Assembly: GCA_023136205.1 (NCBI GenBank)
Contig: JAGLRQ010000060.1
Location: 1-5,408 of the forward strand
Length of the DNA stretch: 5,408 nt
Source of the DNA: Candidatus Auribacterota bacterium
GTDB lineage: Bacteria > Auribacterota > UBA6266
Reading direction: 5' to 3'
Shown here: positions 4,240 through 5,408 of the stretch, piece by piece
Numbering within the stretch: the stretch's first letter is position 1
How the letters are laid out: every line of letters starts with the position of its first letter
Notes under the pieces: model-generated
What the model was told of the DNA's origin: nothing
Seen by the model: only the letters and a program-made list of their open reading frames with translations
The model's database searches: none
Position numbers and translations under genes: made by a program

Positions 4240-5408
4240 ATGCCCAAAAAACTTATCTTGGTAGTTATGCTTACAGCGGTTTCTCTTTTTTCTTCAGGTG
4301 CTTTTTGCAAAGAGCTGAAAATCGAAAAAGTTACAGCGTCTTCCGTTGAAAATAACAGGCCGGAACTGAGAGGAGAAAACGCTGTTGATGGCAATATCCA
4401 TACACGGTGGGCATCAAAACAGTCTGATCCGCAATGGATATGTTTTGACCTTGGCTCCCCGAAAATGTTTGATTCAATGAACATACTCTGGGAAACAGCT
4501 TATGCCGCTGTTTACAAGATACAGATTTCAGATGATTTGAAAAACTGGCAAACTGTATACACAGAAAAGAAAGGAAACGGTGACACTGATATTGTTTATG
4601 TTGGCAAACAGAAAGCACGGTTTGTCAAAATGTATGGTGTTGAACGCGCTACTGATTGGGGATATTCAATTTTTGAATTTAAAATAAAATTTGCAAAGTT
4701 GGATGATGGATTAATTCCTTCATCTCCTGCCGGTTTGTCGGGAGTATTTACCGATAAAGTGGTTTTCTTAGACTGGGAAGACAATGGGGAAGTTGATTTT
4801 CATTTTTATGATATTTACCGTTCTTCTAAAAAAGATACAGGATTTATTAAATTAAATTCCGAACCTGTAAAAGAGTCAAAACACAAAGATGAAACTGTTG
4901 CCGGCGGCATTGAATATTATTATTATGTCAAAGCTGTTGATTTTGCCGGTAACGAGAGTCCGGGTTCTGAAAAAATCCATGGCCTACCTGTTTCTTTGCC
5001 GGCCCGGAACTTCTTTAAAGCCCCGGAATGTGCCTGGAAGCGTTATCTGGGAGACATGCCTGACAGATGTATCAGCAGCAGCCCCGACAGGGGTGTCGCG
5101 TTAGGCGGTTTTGGCGCCGGTTCATTTATGTACACAATAAACGGTTCTTTCGGCCCTTTTCAGACATTTGATAGTACGCTCTATAAAGGCGTATGGCTTC
5201 CTGAAGCCGCGTTTCATGTATTTGAGAAAGCAGGGAATAAAAACAGTAAAGTAAAATGTCTCGCGACCGGCCAGTATCTCAAAAAATCCTGGGATAAAAT
5301 CAGAACGGGAGATGGTATTTATTATGGATTGCAGCCCAAGGGATGGGTTTCATATAACTGTTTTGAAACAGATATCAGCCAGAAGTTTTTTAGCCCCATT
5401 ATACCGCA
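4240..5408 (+). CDS. Secreted discoidin-FN3-GH116-like glycoside hydrolase, N-terminal 389 codons; continues past the right edge
   Basis: ATG at 4240 lies 5 nt after GGAGG (4230..4234). I checked the frame codon by codon and it is open to the window end. The signal peptide is MPKKLILVVMLTAVSLFSSGAFC. The discoidin domain (aa ~27-149, nt 4318..4686) reads ASSVEN...AVDGN-x2-TRWASKQSDPQWICFDLG...WETAY...YKIQISDD...ARFVKMYGVERATDWGYSIFEF. The FN3-like domain (aa ~159-248, nt 4714..4983) reads P-x-GL...FLDWEDN...YDIYRS...YYYYVKAVDFAGNESPGS. From aa ~262 (nt 5023 onward) the GH116 N-terminal pattern appears: VALGGFGAGSF...G-FGPFQ...AAFHVF...SWD...YYGLQPKGWVSY...SPIIP. This compares with human GBA2 PLGGIGGGTI...FCRWQ...DQFTV...SWNW...YHALYPRAWTVY...TPILP. 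The gene is absent from the ORF track because it is edge-truncated. Confidence 0.88.
   Translation, partial: MPKKLILVVMLTAVSLFSSGAFCKELKIEKVTASSVENNRPELRGENAVDGNIHTRWASKQSDPQWICFDLGSPKMFDSMNILWETAYAAVYKIQISDDLKNWQTVYTEKKGNGDTDIVYVGKQKARFVKMYGVERATDWGYSIFEFKIKFAKLDDGLIPSSPAGLSGVFTDKVVFLDWEDNGEVDFHFYDIYRSSKKDTGFIKLNSEPVKESKHKDETVAGGIEYYYYVKAVDFAGNESPGSEKIHGLPVSLPARNFFKAPECAWKRYLGDMPDRCISSSPDRGVALGGFGAGSFMYTINGSFGPFQTFDSTLYKGVWLPEAAFHVFEKAGNKNSKVKCLATGQYLKKSWDKIRTGDGIYYGLQPKGWVSYNCFETDISQKFFSPIIP

Noticed and set aside
4240-4311. Lipoprotein signal (the Cys at aa 23 in ..LFSSGAFC|KE).
   Set aside because: The residues before the Cys (G-A-F) do not fit the L-[AS]-[GA]-C lipobox, since Phe at -1 is atypical. 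I treat it as an ordinary secretory signal peptide with an uncertain cleavage site.
4185-5104. ORFs 4185..4484 (-), 4331..4618 (-), 4596..4784 (-) and 4889..5104 (+).
   Set aside because: All overlap the open frame starting at 4240, which has a signal peptide and discoidin, FN3 and GH116 motifs. None has an SD or recognisable motifs.
1-5408. A defence system, toxin-antitoxin pair, integrase or transposase, or a biosynthetic cluster.
   Set aside because: None of the five ORFs shows nuclease, ATPase, methyltransferase, recombinase or toxin-type motifs. There are no terminal inverted repeats or att-like duplications flanking the lectin/GH116 genes within the window.

Overview
AT-rich bacterial chromosomal window with five protein genes and no rRNA, tRNA, CRISPR or mobile-element signal. 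Three of the five genes are missing from the ORF track: two are cut by the window edges and one is under 60 aa. (1) 1..638 (-) is the N-terminal ~212 codons of GTP-dependent PEP carboxykinase. (2) 906..1073 (+) is a 55-aa clostridial-type 2x[4Fe-4S] ferredoxin. (3) 1121..1630 (+) is a SixA-type phosphohistidine phosphatase; the track's start at 1013 is over-extended into the ferredoxin gene. (4) 2002..4098 (+) is a 698-aa secreted, apparently non-catalytic multi-lectin. Its order is signal peptide, malectin-like domain, three tandem F5/8-type-C (discoidin) domains, then an unassigned C-terminal beta-rich domain. (5) 4240..>5408 (+) is a secreted protein with a discoidin domain, an FN3 domain and the start of a GH116-type (GBA2-like) glycoside hydrolase N-terminal domain; it runs off the right edge. 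Genes 1-3 look like housekeeping. The unusual part is the lectin/GH116 pair and its control region. That region is a 370-nt intergenic stretch with stacked promoter-like elements, a C8 tract abutting a consensus -35 box, a short (TA)5 run in a promoter spacer and a terminator-like hairpin in the leader. The lectin gene also has a G8 tract in its coding sequence and a recently duplicated domain repeat. I see no evidence for a defence system, toxin-antitoxin pair or biosynthetic cluster. The candidate for something undescribed is a possibly phase-variable extracellular glycan-capture module. That reading is inference from domain motifs read by eye, not from database searches.
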